This document shows positions 9,048 to 18,451 of a stretch of 60,134 nt of DNA, piece by piece. How positions within the stretch are numbered: the first letter of the stretch is position 1; each line of letters opens with the position of its first letter. Under the pieces are notes generated by a model that did no database searches, was not told where the DNA came from, and saw only the letters and a program-made list of their open reading frames with translations. Origin of the DNA: an uncultured Candidatus Saccharibacteria bacterium (GTDB lineage Bacteria > Patescibacteriota > Minisyncoccia > UBA6257 > 2-01-FULL-56-20); assembly GCA_964505005.1 (NCBI GenBank), contig CAZDFQ010000005.1, positions 1-60,134 of the forward strand, written 5' to 3'. The translations under genes were made by a program, and so were the position numbers.

Positions 9048-9404
9048 CTATTGGAACGGCGTTACAGAGACGCCAAATAGATTGCCGACAAGCTGCGGTA
9101 TGCCGAGCGCCAGAATTCCGATAGCCACAGCAACAGCGGCGTAGATTAAGTTATGGTTAGCTGATTTTATTTTTTCCGCATCACCGGCTGCTGTCAGATA
9201 TTTATAAGCAGCTAAAAGAATATAAATAACCGCCACGGCGATGAGAATACCAAATATCCATCTACCGATGGTCCCGATGAGGGTCACTACATCGCCATAA
9301 GTAGTCACCTTATTGGGAAGTACCGGCTGAGCAAGCGCCAGGAACGGCAGGGCCACAGCGCCTACTATTGTCAGCGACGCCAATTTCAAAGAAATTTTTT
9401 TCAT
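9048..9404 (-). CDS. TrbC/VirB2-like pilin
   Basis: signal peptide plus TM-YLTAAGDAEKIKSA-TM. Confidence 0.85.
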   Translation of the reverse strand: MKKISLKLASLTIVGAVALPFLALAQPVLPNKVTTYGDVVTLIGTIGRWIFGILIAVAVIYILLAAYKYLTAAGDAEKIKSANHNLIYAAVAVAIGILALGIPQLVGNLFGVSVTPFQ

Positions 9405-9481
9405 AAATTTAGATTTAGGCGAGCTCGACCTTTTTTAAGATTGTTTCTATTATACCAAATTGCGTTCGAAATTGAACCTCC

Positions 9482-9844
9482 TTACCGGCAAGTAGAAATT
9501 CCTTGAACCTTGAATAGATTCCCGATAAGAGTCGGGAAACTGCCGGCAATAATGGCAACCGCGACAGCTATCGCGGCATAAGTTAATGTTTTTGTCGCCT
9601 TCTTTATCTGTTCTTCGTCGCCGCCGGCAGTCAGGTACATATAAGCGGCTATCAGAATGACTATCACCGCGACCGCTATGAAAATTCCGAACATCCACCT
9701 GGCAATCGGGCAAAGAATTTTGGTGTTGATGTCGGCCGGCGATTTGAGTTCCACGCCAGTCAGGGCCACAGCCGGCTGGGCGGTTAAGAGCATCAAAATC
9801 AATTCCAAAAACAGCGGTTTAGAAAGCTTTATTATTTTTTTCAT
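9482..9844 (-). CDS. TrbC/VirB2-like pilin
   Basis: YLTAGGDEEQIKKA between TM helices. Confidence 0.85.
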   Translation of the reverse strand: MKKIIKLSKPLFLELILMLLTAQPAVALTGVELKSPADINTKILCPIARWMFGIFIAVAVIVILIAAYMYLTAGGDEEQIKKATKTLTYAAIAVAVAIIAGSFPTLIGNLFKVQGISTCR

Positions 9845-9856
9845 AAAAATTTTTTA

Positions 9857-10237
9857 CTAAAGATTCTGTATGATAGTCACCACACTGTTGGCTATCAAGA
9901 TTACTCCAAAACCGATGGCCGCGTAAAGAATCGTTTTCCGGCCCAACTTGAATTTTTCTTCATTGCCGCCGGCGGTTAGAATCTGGAACCCGCCGATGAG
10001 AACCATTATGGCGACAATCGGGATGGAAATGTCAAAAAGGATATTGATGATTTTTCCGACTACGCAGGGGATGTCGCCGCAGGCCAAGGGGTTGGGGAGT
10101 GTGATGGGGCCGCCCCCGCCGGTTCCGATATTAGAATCAGTACCAACATTGTTGCTAGTACCGATATTTTCTGCGGCGAAGACCGCCTTAAAAAACCCGG
10201 AAGGCCCGAAAAGTTTTTCCCAAAGCCACCAAACCAT
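9857..10237 (-). CDS. TrbC/VirB2-like pilin
   Basis: LPNPL and ILTAGGNEEKFKLGRK motifs. Confidence 0.8.
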   Translation of the reverse strand: MVWWLWEKLFGPSGFFKAVFAAENIGTSNNVGTDSNIGTGGGGPITLPNPLACGDIPCVVGKIINILFDISIPIVAIMVLIGGFQILTAGGNEEKFKLGRKTILYAAIGFGVILIANSVVTIIQNL

Positions 10238-10297
10238 TCTATCTATTGTAGGTTATAAAAACAAAAACTTAAACCCGAGTTTTCCCCAAATGATGCC

Positions 10298-10747
10298 TTA
10301 CTGTTGGCATTGAATGGTCCAGCCAGTGGTGCCGAGGTTCAGACCAACTTCAGTTAGTTTGGCGGTGTTGGCAATAACCGACAGGAAGGTATTGAGGACT
10401 ATGAAAGCCCCCAGCGCGATGGCAATGCCGATAACCGCGCTGGTGGCAATTTTCCGGCCCGAGGAAAATCTTTCTTCCGAGCCGGCGGCAATAAGCATCA
10501 TCAGGCCGCCGACGACAATCATCGCCGGACCAACCGCGAAAAGAATCAGCGTCATTAGGAAATAGATAATGCGCTGAATAGTGGACAAGAGGCCGCACAA
10601 ATTACAACTTGCGCCAGTGCAGGAAACCAGCGGGACGTCTTGGGAGGGCCAGTAAGGGAAGCCGACCCCAGCCGCGGAAACCAAAAACGGCGAAAACGAC
10701 AAGAGAGAAGCGACAAGCAACAAGGAAATTTTTTTAGTCATAGTCAT
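10298..10747 (-). CDS. TrbC/VirB2-like pilin with Cys-rich N-terminal loop
   Basis: PLVSC..SCNLC, IAAGSEERFSSGRK. Confidence 0.8.
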   Translation of the reverse strand: MTMTKKISLLLVASLLSFSPFLVSAAGVGFPYWPSQDVPLVSCTGASCNLCGLLSTIQRIIYFLMTLILFAVGPAMIVVGGLMMLIAAGSEERFSSGRKIATSAVIGIAIALGAFIVLNTFLSVIANTAKLTEVGLNLGTTGWTIQCQQ

Positions 10748-10772
10748 TATTTTAGAAATTAGAATTTAGAGA

Positions 10773-12068
10773 TTAGAAATTACTCATAAGTTGGCTTATC
10801 TGGTCCTGGGCCTGCCTTAAGGCGCTGTCCGGACTGAACCGGCCGCTTAAGGTGCCGGTGATGGCCTTGTCGAAAATATCATTTATTTTTTGTTCGTCAA
10901 TTTCGTACCAGGAGCGACTGCTCAAAGCTTGTTTGGTAAATACGCCGAGAACCGGGTCATTCAGGTTCTGGCCGATGAGCGTCCGCAGTGCCGGCGGCTG
11001 ATTGGTGGCCTGAAGATAAATTTGGGAAACCTCGGGCTGGGTAGTCAGATAAATTATGAAATCCCAAGCCCAGCCGCTGACCTGGCTTTGTTTGGAAACC
11101 GCCAAACCCCAATAGTCCGCATAGCTCACGGCATTGGCTCCGGCAATCTGGGGCAAAGGCGCCGCCCCGATGTTCTGGAAAGGAGCTTTGTTTTTAAGCG
11201 CCAGATAATCAGAATAATAGCCGAAAATCACCGCGGTCTGGCCGCTTGAGAAACTCTCGAGCCAATCTGGCTGATTGTCGTTCCAGGCGTAATAACCGGT
11301 CCCCGAGTTTCCGAACTGAAGATAAAAATTGAAAGCTTCCAAGCCCCGGGTGGAGGCAAAAGTCGCCTGGCGGAAATCCGGCTCAATCATCTGGGTGCTG
11401 TTTTGGAGCATCAGGACATTCAGAATATCCGTCGCGGTTCTGATAGTTTTGGTGGTGCCGCCGATGGCCGCGGCGGCTTTTTGGATTTGGCCGTTTGGAG
11501 AGAGGGAGCGGAGCCGGGGAATTAGGCTTTGAAATTCAGTCCAGTTTTTGGGCGGACTGACAACGGCCGCGCTGTCAAACAGGTCTTTGTTGTAAATAAG
11601 AGCCAGAGTATCAAGGTAGAGCGGCAAAGCGTAAATTTGCCGGCTGGCTGGTTGCGAAGAAGTGCTGAAAGAAAAATCCTGCTCGACAACGGTCGGGAAC
11701 AAATCCTCCAGTTGGCTGACGGTGAACTGCTGGGGACTGACCGGACTCAATTTATCCTTTTCTTTCGGCAGCCAGCGATTGTGAATCGGGAAAACATCGG
11801 GACCGTTAGTGCTGGCCAAAGCATTCAAAAGCTGGTTTTTGTAATCCCCCCGGGAAACTTGGCGGTAATTGATTGTCACATTCGGCCTCAGCTGCCTGTA
11901 GCCATCGATAATCGGCCGGAGAACATCCTCTCTTTCGAATCCCCAGAAAGCCAAGCTAACCGGCGCGTTGCCTGACGACCGGAGACCGAAAAAGATGATG
12001 ATGAGAAACAAAATAACGACGGCAGCCGCGCCGGCGATGATGAAAATTTGGCGTTGGGAAAATTTCAT
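10773..12068 (-). CDS. extracellular solute-binding protein (sugar ABC family 1-like)
   Basis: N-terminal TM, GPDVF, YALPLYLDTLALIYNKDLF, AWDFIIYLT. Confidence 0.88.
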   Translation of the reverse strand: MKFSQRQIFIIAGAAAVVILFLIIIFFGLRSSGNAPVSLAFWGFEREDVLRPIIDGYRQLRPNVTINYRQVSRGDYKNQLLNALASTNGPDVFPIHNRWLPKEKDKLSPVSPQQFTVSQLEDLFPTVVEQDFSFSTSSQPASRQIYALPLYLDTLALIYNKDLFDSAAVVSPPKNWTEFQSLIPRLRSLSPNGQIQKAAAAIGGTTKTIRTATDILNVLMLQNSTQMIEPDFRQATFASTRGLEAFNFYLQFGNSGTGYYAWNDNQPDWLESFSSGQTAVIFGYYSDYLALKNKAPFQNIGAAPLPQIAGANAVSYADYWGLAVSKQSQVSGWAWDFIIYLTTQPEVSQIYLQATNQPPALRTLIGQNLNDPVLGVFTKQALSSRSWYEIDEQKINDIFDKAITGTLSGRFSPDSALRQAQDQISQLMSNF

Positions 12069-12188
12069 ATACTTATTTGCGCGATTCGAATTTCTCGAAT
12101 TCCACTCGAATGCCCCGAAGGCTTATTTGGAAGATTTTTATTTTATTCGAGCGATTCGAGTGCGTTCGCGTAGTCCGAGTTGCGTTAA

Positions 12189-15100
12189 TTATATGACGAC
12201 GATTCCGGCCAGCTTGTCTCCTGATTTTAGGTTCATTATTCGGACTCCCTGGGCCGAGCGGCCGGTCAGGCGGATTTCTTTCAAAGAGGTTCTGATGACC
12301 TGACCTTTTTCCGAAAGCGCCAGGAGTTCGGTCTGGTCTTTAATAACCTGAGCGGCAACTACTTGTCCTGTTTTTGCTGTTACTTTGGCAGTTCTGATGC
12401 CGGCACCGCCGCGATTCTGAATTTTATACTCCTTAAGAGGCGTTTTCTTGGCAAAACCGCTTGCCATCACCACCAAAACCAGCAAATCGCCTATCGCCAA
12501 TCGCTTGTCGTCCGACGATTTGCTCTTTGCTCTTTGCTCTTTGCTATATTTTATTATATCAAACCCGGCCACTTCGTCTTCCTGCCCGCCACCGGCTTGC
12601 GCCGAAGGCGCTGGCAGGCGGGCTTTTCTAAGGCGGATGGCCCGGATACCGGCCGCCGCCCGGCTCATTGATCTTATCTGCGATTCTTTAAAATGAATGG
12701 ATTGGCCGTTCCTGGTTGCCAGGATTACTTCGTCTTGGCCGCTGGAAAGCCGCACCCATTTCAGGGCATCACCTTTCTTTAAAGAAATAGCGATGATGCC
12801 AGTCCGTCTTATGTTTTTAAAGTCCTCGATTTTGGTTTTTTTAATCAGGCCGTTTTTGGTTGCCATTATTAAGAATTTATCTTTTGCCTCTTGTTTGTCC
12901 GCTGCCTCTTGTTTGTCCGCCGCAGCTTCAGCGGAGGACCTTTTGTCGCTATAATTTATGACCGCACTGACGTTCTCATCAGCCGGCAGTTCCAAGAAAT
13001 TGTGGATAGCTCGGCCCTTGGAAACGCGGCTGGCCGCTGGGATTTCATACGCTTTGGTCTGGAAAACCCGGCCAGCGTCAGTGAAGAACAAAATATTGTC
13101 GTGCGTTTTGGCGCTGAAAAACTGGGTGATGAAATCCTCTTCGCCAACCTCTGAGCCAATCAGGCCCTTGCCGCCTCTTTTTTGTGACCGGAACAGATTG
13201 GGCGGCAGGCGCTTTACATAACCACTGGCCGAAAGCGTTATAACCGCTTCTTCTTCAGGGACCAAATCTTCTTCTCGGAATTCTTTCATCCCGCTTGGAA
13301 CGACCTGGGTTCTCCGTTCATCGCCGTATTTCTCTTTCAATTCTTTGACTTCATTTTTGATGATGGTCAGAATTTTCGCCGGACTTTTGAGAATCAGTTC
13401 TAATTCTTTGATGAGTTCGAGTTTTTCTTTGAGCTCGTCCTCAATTTTTCTCCGTTCCAGGGCGGCCAGGGCCTGCAGCCGCATTTCGAGAATGGCATTG
13501 GCTTGAAGCTCACTCAACTTGAACTGCTTGACCAAATTTTGGTGCGCCTCGTCTTTGTCTTTTGATTTTTTGATGAGAGCGATGACTTTGTCGATGACCC
13601 CCAGCGCTTTGGCCAAGCCAGTTAAGATGTGGGCGCGCTCCTGGGCTTTTTTCAAATCAAATTCGGTGCGCCGGCGGACGACTTTTTTGCGGTAATCGAG
13701 ATAGGCAATCAAGATGTCCTTCAGGGTCAGGAGTTGCGGCTGAAGGCCGTCAACCAAGGCAATCATATTTAAATGAAAGTATTTTTGGAGGTCGGTGGAT
13801 TGATACAGCTGGTTGAGGATTTTTTGCGGGGCCGCGTCGTTTTTCAGCTCAACCACAATGCGCAACCCCCCGCGGTCGGATTCGTCGCGGATGTCGCGGA
13901 CTCCCTCGATTTTTTTGTTCTGCACCAGTTCGGCGATATGTTTGATGAGTTCGGCTTTGTTGACCTGATAGGGGATTTCAGTAACTACAATATCCCAGCC
14001 CGAGGCTGGTCCGCCTTTGGCGGAGAATTTGCGGCTTCGCTCCTGAATATCGGCCTTGGCTCTGCAGAGAATCGGCCCTTTGCCGGAAACATAGGCCTCG
14101 GCAATGGCTTTCTGGTCAAAGATGATTCCGCCGGTCGGGAAATCCGGACCTTTGACGAATTTCAAAAGCTCTTCGGCCCCGGCTTCGGGATTGTCCGCGA
14201 GATAGAGAATCGCGTCAGCCAATTCATTTAAATTGTGCGGCGGAATACTGGTGGCCATGCCGACGGCAATACCCAGGCCGCCGTTCAAAAGAAGGTTGGG
14301 TAGCTTGGCCGGCAGAACCTTTGGCTCCTGCCGGGTGGCGTCGTAGTTCGGCTGCCAGTCAACGGTCTCTTTTTCAATATCCACTAAGAGTTCTTCGGCG
14401 ATTTTTGCGAGGCGCGCCTCGGTATTGTGATTGATAAAACCGTTACCGACAAATGAATGACAATCGCTCTTAACCTTTATTGAATAAACGGTTTGGATCT
14501 CTTTTTTTTCTATTTTCGTTATCGGGTCGAAAATATAGGTATTGGCAAGGAGATTCTGGAATAAGGCCTCTATATTCATTTTTAGAGCTGGTTCAAGAAC
14601 GGCCACTACTTGGCGGTAGTTTCTCTCCATATTGGCATAACGGTCAAAATTGTTCTTAACGACAAATTCTTTTGTTTCAAATTTTTGTCGGAGATTGAGC
14701 GAGAAACGAGCGAAATCGCTTATAAAAGGCACGAAATCGGTTTGAGAATAATCCTTGTGAAGTCGAAGAATTGCTTCGTTCAATTTCCTTCTTTTCAGAG
14801 GAGAAAGAAACCCGATTTCTCTTTGAAAAGCGATATAGTTTTTAAGTCCCCTGAGGTAGAGTTTGTGGGTGTGGCGATAGGCGTCAAATCTTTTTGTCGA
14901 GGCGATACCGAATTTCAAAAGGACGATTTGTAATTGGTTTATTAAAGCTTCGCTTGTAGAGATGGCAGACAACTCCGTCATTTTTCCGCTATAACTAATA
15001 CTTCCATCGCCTTCGAAATAGGCCGCAAGAAAAATCGACATCGCCGACTTCGAGGAATGAAGAATCAGACGGGGGATCGTGCGGAGCGAAGACTTTTGCG

Positions 15101-16124
15101 GCTCAAGGCCGAGATTTCGCAGAAATTCAATCACATAGCGAGAGTGAATTTCTAAGGCGTGGTAAGGTTTTTTACCAAAGGAATTTGGTTTGCGGCAGAA
15201 ACGATGAAGGCGGCAGTCGGGAAAAGTTTTATGCCATCTTTGCTCAAATTCGTTAATCCAAACTAAATCACTATTACAAAATTCAATTTCATTCTTTTTA
15301 ATCGTTCCCTCTGAAATCAGCGCACCCAGGATATAGGCGAGGTTCTCATCGAGTTCCCTCGGGAGAACTTTCTTCTCGGTCCGTCGATTCTGATGATTGG
15401 GCCAATATTCAATGAGCGAAACATTTTTGTCTGGCCATAATAGATTCGGCGACCTGTCAATAACAGCCACATCTTTCTCTCGGAGTTGTCCCAGGAGTTT
15501 CCAGACGAAGCGGGGCTGGCCGCTGGCAGGATCTTTCTCCCAAGTAAGAATGGGGTGGTTGAACGACCCTTGAATAGAGAAGCCGTTTTGAGTTTCTATT
15601 TTCAGGGTGGGATGTTCCCCTGAGTTGAACCATTTGGTGGCGCGATTGACAATCCTGTCCTTAGAAAGAATCTTTATTTCGATGTCTTCTTCCTGTTTGT
15701 TGGCGTTAACGACCATCTCCTTAATAGGTACAAGTCCATCCTCGGTGGATATAAGGGTATCGCCGGTAACGCAATATCTCATGGCTGCCGGGCTGTCGCC
15801 ATCGATCGAACCCCAATTGCCCTGACCGTTAATCAAGGGGTAGCGCAACGAGAAATCCTGCGCCATCCGAGCCAAGGCGTCATAGACCGCAATGTCGCCG
15901 TGCGGGTGATAACGGCCTAAGACTGCACCCACCACATTAGCCGACTTCCGGAATTTGGCATTCGAAGAAAGCCCATCGTCCCACATCGCCCAGAGAATCC
16001 GGCGCTGGACCGGTTTTAAGCCATCGCGGACATCGGGCAAAGCCCGGCTGACGATGACCGACATCGCGTAATCAAGATACGACTCCTGCAGTTCTGAAGT
16101 TATTTCCCGCTTTTGGATGTTCAT
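12189..16124 (-). CDS. gyrA: DNA gyrase subunit A, intein-containing
   Basis: [40 protein letters not shown], GyrA-box QKRGGKG. Confidence 0.97.
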   Translation of the reverse strand: MNIQKREITSELQESYLDYAMSVIVSRALPDVRDGLKPVQRRILWAMWDDGLSSNAKFRKSANVVGAVLGRYHPHGDIAVYDALARMAQDFSLRYPLINGQGNWGSIDGDSPAAMRYCVTGDTLISTEDGLVPIKEMVVNANKQEEDIEIKILSKDRIVNRATKWFNSGEHPTLKIETQNGFSIQGSFNHPILTWEKDPASGQPRFVWKLLGQLREKDVAVIDRSPNLLWPDKNVSLIEYWPNHQNRRTEKKVLPRELDENLAYILGALISEGTIKKNEIEFCNSDLVWINEFEQRWHKTFPDCRLHRFCRKPNSFGKKPYHALEIHSRYVIEFLRNLGLEPQKSSLRTIPRLILHSSKSAMSIFLAAYFEGDGSISYSGKMTELSAISTSEALINQLQIVLLKFGIASTKRFDAYRHTHKLYLRGLKNYIAFQREIGFLSPLKRRKLNEAILRLHKDYSQTDFVPFISDFARFSLNLRQKFETKEFVVKNNFDRYANMERNYRQVVAVLEPALKMNIEALFQNLLANTYIFDPITKIEKKEIQTVYSIKVKSDCHSFVGNGFINHNTEARLAKIAEELLVDIEKETVDWQPNYDATRQEPKVLPAKLPNLLLNGGLGIAVGMATSIPPHNLNELADAILYLADNPEAGAEELLKFVKGPDFPTGGIIFDQKAIAEAYVSGKGPILCRAKADIQERSRKFSAKGGPASGWDIVVTEIPYQVNKAELIKHIAELVQNKKIEGVRDIRDESDRGGLRIVVELKNDAAPQKILNQLYQSTDLQKYFHLNMIALVDGLQPQLLTLKDILIAYLDYRKKVVRRRTEFDLKKAQERAHILTGLAKALGVIDKVIALIKKSKDKDEAHQNLVKQFKLSELQANAILEMRLQALAALERRKIEDELKEKLELIKELELILKSPAKILTIIKNEVKELKEKYGDERRTQVVPSGMKEFREEDLVPEEEAVITLSASGYVKRLPPNLFRSQKRGGKGLIGSEVGEEDFITQFFSAKTHDNILFFTDAGRVFQTKAYEIPAASRVSKGRAIHNFLELPADENVSAVINYSDKRSSAEAAADKQEAADKQEAKDKFLIMATKNGLIKKTKIEDFKNIRRTGIIAISLKKGDALKWVRLSSGQDEVILATRNGQSIHFKESQIRSMSRAAAGIRAIRLRKARLPAPSAQAGGGQEDEVAGFDIIKYSKEQRAKSKSSDDKRLAIGDLLVLVVMASGFAKKTPLKEYKIQNRGGAGIRTAKVTAKTGQVVAAQVIKDQTELLALSEKGQVIRTSLKEIRLTGRSAQGVRIMNLKSGDKLAGIVVI
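14424..15773 (-). mobile_element. intein (450 aa) with LAGLIDADG homing endonuclease
   Basis: Y|CVTGDT...FINHN|T; block B SFNHPIL; [12 protein letters not shown] and [10 protein letters not shown]. Confidence 0.95.
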
Positions 16125-16219
16125 ACGCTTACGTTAAATAATCCTAATCTCCGAATGCATTCGAATGATACGAATGATTATTTTATTCGTAGCATTCGTT
16201 AAAAATTTGCATTATGTTT

Positions 16220-16507
16220 TCACGGTTGGATAATGTAATCCTTCGGCGACTTCAGGATTCCCAGCCAACTCTTAATTTCGCTTTTGATATTCTCCGAGAT
16301 TATTCCTAAGCCGGTTTTAAATGTCTGCCAGAAACTTAAATCCGCAGATTCGGTTGGCGGCGGTGCATTGACCGGCTGGATAAGGGCGTTGAAATAGCCG
16401 AGCCAGAGGAAAATCACTATTGCCATTAGAATTGCCGAGGAAGCAATCAGCCAGCGCTGCTTGACGCCCTCGTCGCTCGCCTGAAGTTTTTTGAGGAAAT
16501 TAAGCAT
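16220..16507 (-). CDS. small membrane protein
   Basis: single TM helix; ORF co-oriented with gyrA. Confidence 0.7.
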   Translation of the reverse strand: MLNFLKKLQASDEGVKQRWLIASSAILMAIVIFLWLGYFNALIQPVNAPPPTESADLSFWQTFKTGLGIISENIKSEIKSWLGILKSPKDYIIQP

Positions 16508-16582
16508 TGGACTATTCGCTAATAACTCGAATTTATTTTAATAACGCGAATAATTTATTAGCATTATTTGCCGCCATCCGCG

Positions 16583-17164
16583 TTATTCGCGATCACTCCC
16601 TGCCGATTTTAGCACCACGACTTTGGTTTTTAATCCGGCCAAATCCTTTTTCTTGAAGACGAATTTTTCCTGGACTTCGGCTTTCTGGCCGATGGCTTTA
16701 AGGAATTCGTTCGGATTTTTGAAAAAACTCGGGATGATGGCCGCGGGTTCGAGTTTCTTTGCCAGCTTGGCCGCCAGCTCGGCCGAGAGAAAATGGCCGC
16801 CGCCCACTGGAATGAAAAGAATATCCGCCTCAGTCAGCTCCTCGAAGATCTCCGGCTCCAAACCATTGGAAAGACAACCCAAAAACACGAAGCTTATATC
16901 CTCCCAGTTTACGAGATAAATTGTTTTTAAAATTTTTCCAGTTGATTCTTTTTGGACCGGCCAGCCCTGAATCTGGATGCTTTTTATTTCGTATTCTCCT
17001 GGGAAAGAAATTTCATTGCTGTTTTGAGGCGTTTCTGGCAGGGACAAGGTTTTGACAACAATGTCGGCTTTCAGGCGGTTGTTGTTCGGGTCGAGCAGGA
17101 GCGAGGTCTCGCCGCTCTGCAAGCGGAAACAGCCGTCGCCGAAGTAGTTTATCACCATAGCCAT
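16583..17164 (-). CDS. MBL-fold metallo-hydrolase-like protein (degenerate)
   Basis: YFGDGCFRL, PGEYEIK, DILFIPVGGG, IIPS; canonical HxHxDH motif absent. Confidence 0.75.
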   Translation of the reverse strand: MAMVINYFGDGCFRLQSGETSLLLDPNNNRLKADIVVKTLSLPETPQNSNEISFPGEYEIKSIQIQGWPVQKESTGKILKTIYLVNWEDISFVFLGCLSNGLEPEIFEELTEADILFIPVGGGHFLSAELAAKLAKKLEPAAIIPSFFKNPNEFLKAIGQKAEVQEKFVFKKKDLAGLKTKVVVLKSAGSDRE

Positions 17165-17389
17165 AATAGTTTAATCGAAAAATCGTTGTTTCGCAATAAC
17201 CAAATTTGCCATTTTTAAATTTATCATTTACAATTGAAGACAATCTCATAAATCAAATTTACATTCGCAGCATTCGCATCCATTCGTAGATTAGCATTAT
17301 ATTCAAGCCGTTTGACCACAATGCGAATGACCCGAATTATATGCGAATGATGCGAATTGAATTGGATAATAACAAGCATAAAACAGAAA

Positions 17390-17656
17390 ATGCTCACCAA
17401 ACGGGTAAAATCAAAAATAATCAAAGAGACCCAGCGGCACGAAAAAGATACGGGTTCAGCCGAAGTCCAGGTCGGAGTGTTAAGCCGCCGGATTGAAGAA
17501 CTAACCGCTCATCTCAAAAAGCATCCCCAAGACCAGCATTCCCGAAGAGGTCTTTTGAAAATGGTCAGCCAGCGCCGCCGATTTTTAAATTATCTTAAAG
17601 ACCGCCAGCCGGCAGTTTATACAAAACTCGCTAAAAAATTAGAGCTCACCAGGTAG
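17390..17656 (+). CDS. rpsO: 30S ribosomal protein S15
   Basis: DTGSAEVQV, HSRRGLLKMV. Confidence 0.97.
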   Translation: MLTKRVKSKIIKETQRHEKDTGSAEVQVGVLSRRIEELTAHLKKHPQDQHSRRGLLKMVSQRRRFLNYLKDRQPAVYTKLAKKLELTR

Positions 17657-17791
17657 TGAAAATTCGACCCGTCCCGACTTCAGTCGGGACAAAAAGGATT
17701 ATATTCGAGAATATCATACCCAGCGCCTAATCAGGATTAAATGGAGGGTCAAAAATATAAGCTAAAATCAAGTCGGATTTCTACTACCTGG
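17649..17791. mobile_element. MITE-like element with CCAGGTAGTGAAA terminal inverted repeats
   Basis: CCAGGTAGTGAAAATTCGAC...GTCGGATTTCTACTACCTGG; homologue at 47197-47331. Confidence 0.65.
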
Positions 17792-17860
17792 CTCACCAGG
17801 TAGTGATAATTAGAATTTTTCCGTCTGCCAGCAGGCCGGCACCGCTTGGCTCAAAAAATA

Positions 17861-18370
17861 ATGGCAATTAAGGATTATCCCAATCAGCGCGTCGGAATTT
17901 TCATTGACGTCCAGAATCTTTATCATTCGGCGAAAAATCTGTATCACGGCCGGGTGAATTACCGCGAACTCGTAAAATACCTGGTGGCTGGCCGTCAGCT
18001 GATTCGGGCTGTGGCCTATGTGGTTAAAAGCGAAACCGCCGCCGGAGAAGCCGCCTTTTTCGAAGCCCTGGAGAAATCCGGTCTTGAATTGCGGGTAAAA
18101 GATTTGCAGGTTTATCTGGACGGGCTCAAAAAAGCCGATTGGGATGTTGGTATGGCGGTTGATGCCATCAGAATGTCTTCATTTCTTGATGTTATCATCC
18201 TCGTTACCGGCGACGGTGATTTCATTCCCTTGGTTGATTATCTGAAATGGGGGACTGGCCGCTTGGTGGAAGTGGCCGCTTTCCGGCGCAGCGCTTCGGC
18301 CAAACTTCAGGAAACCGCTGACCGCTTTGTTAATATTGAAGAGATACCGAGGATCATTTTAAGAAAATAA
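17861..18370 (+). CDS. NYN domain (LabA/DUF88) protein
   Basis: FIDVQNLY, KADWDVGMAVD, GDGDF. Confidence 0.92.
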   Translation: MAIKDYPNQRVGIFIDVQNLYHSAKNLYHGRVNYRELVKYLVAGRQLIRAVAYVVKSETAAGEAAFFEALEKSGLELRVKDLQVYLDGLKKADWDVGMAVDAIRMSSFLDVIILVTGDGDFIPLVDYLKWGTGRLVEVAAFRRSASAKLQETADRFVNIEEIPRIILRK

Positions 18371-18451
18371 TACTAATCTACGAATGGCATTCGAATGCTA
18401 CGAATAAAAATTCATTCGTATCATTCGCATAAAATTCGTATCATTCGCATT

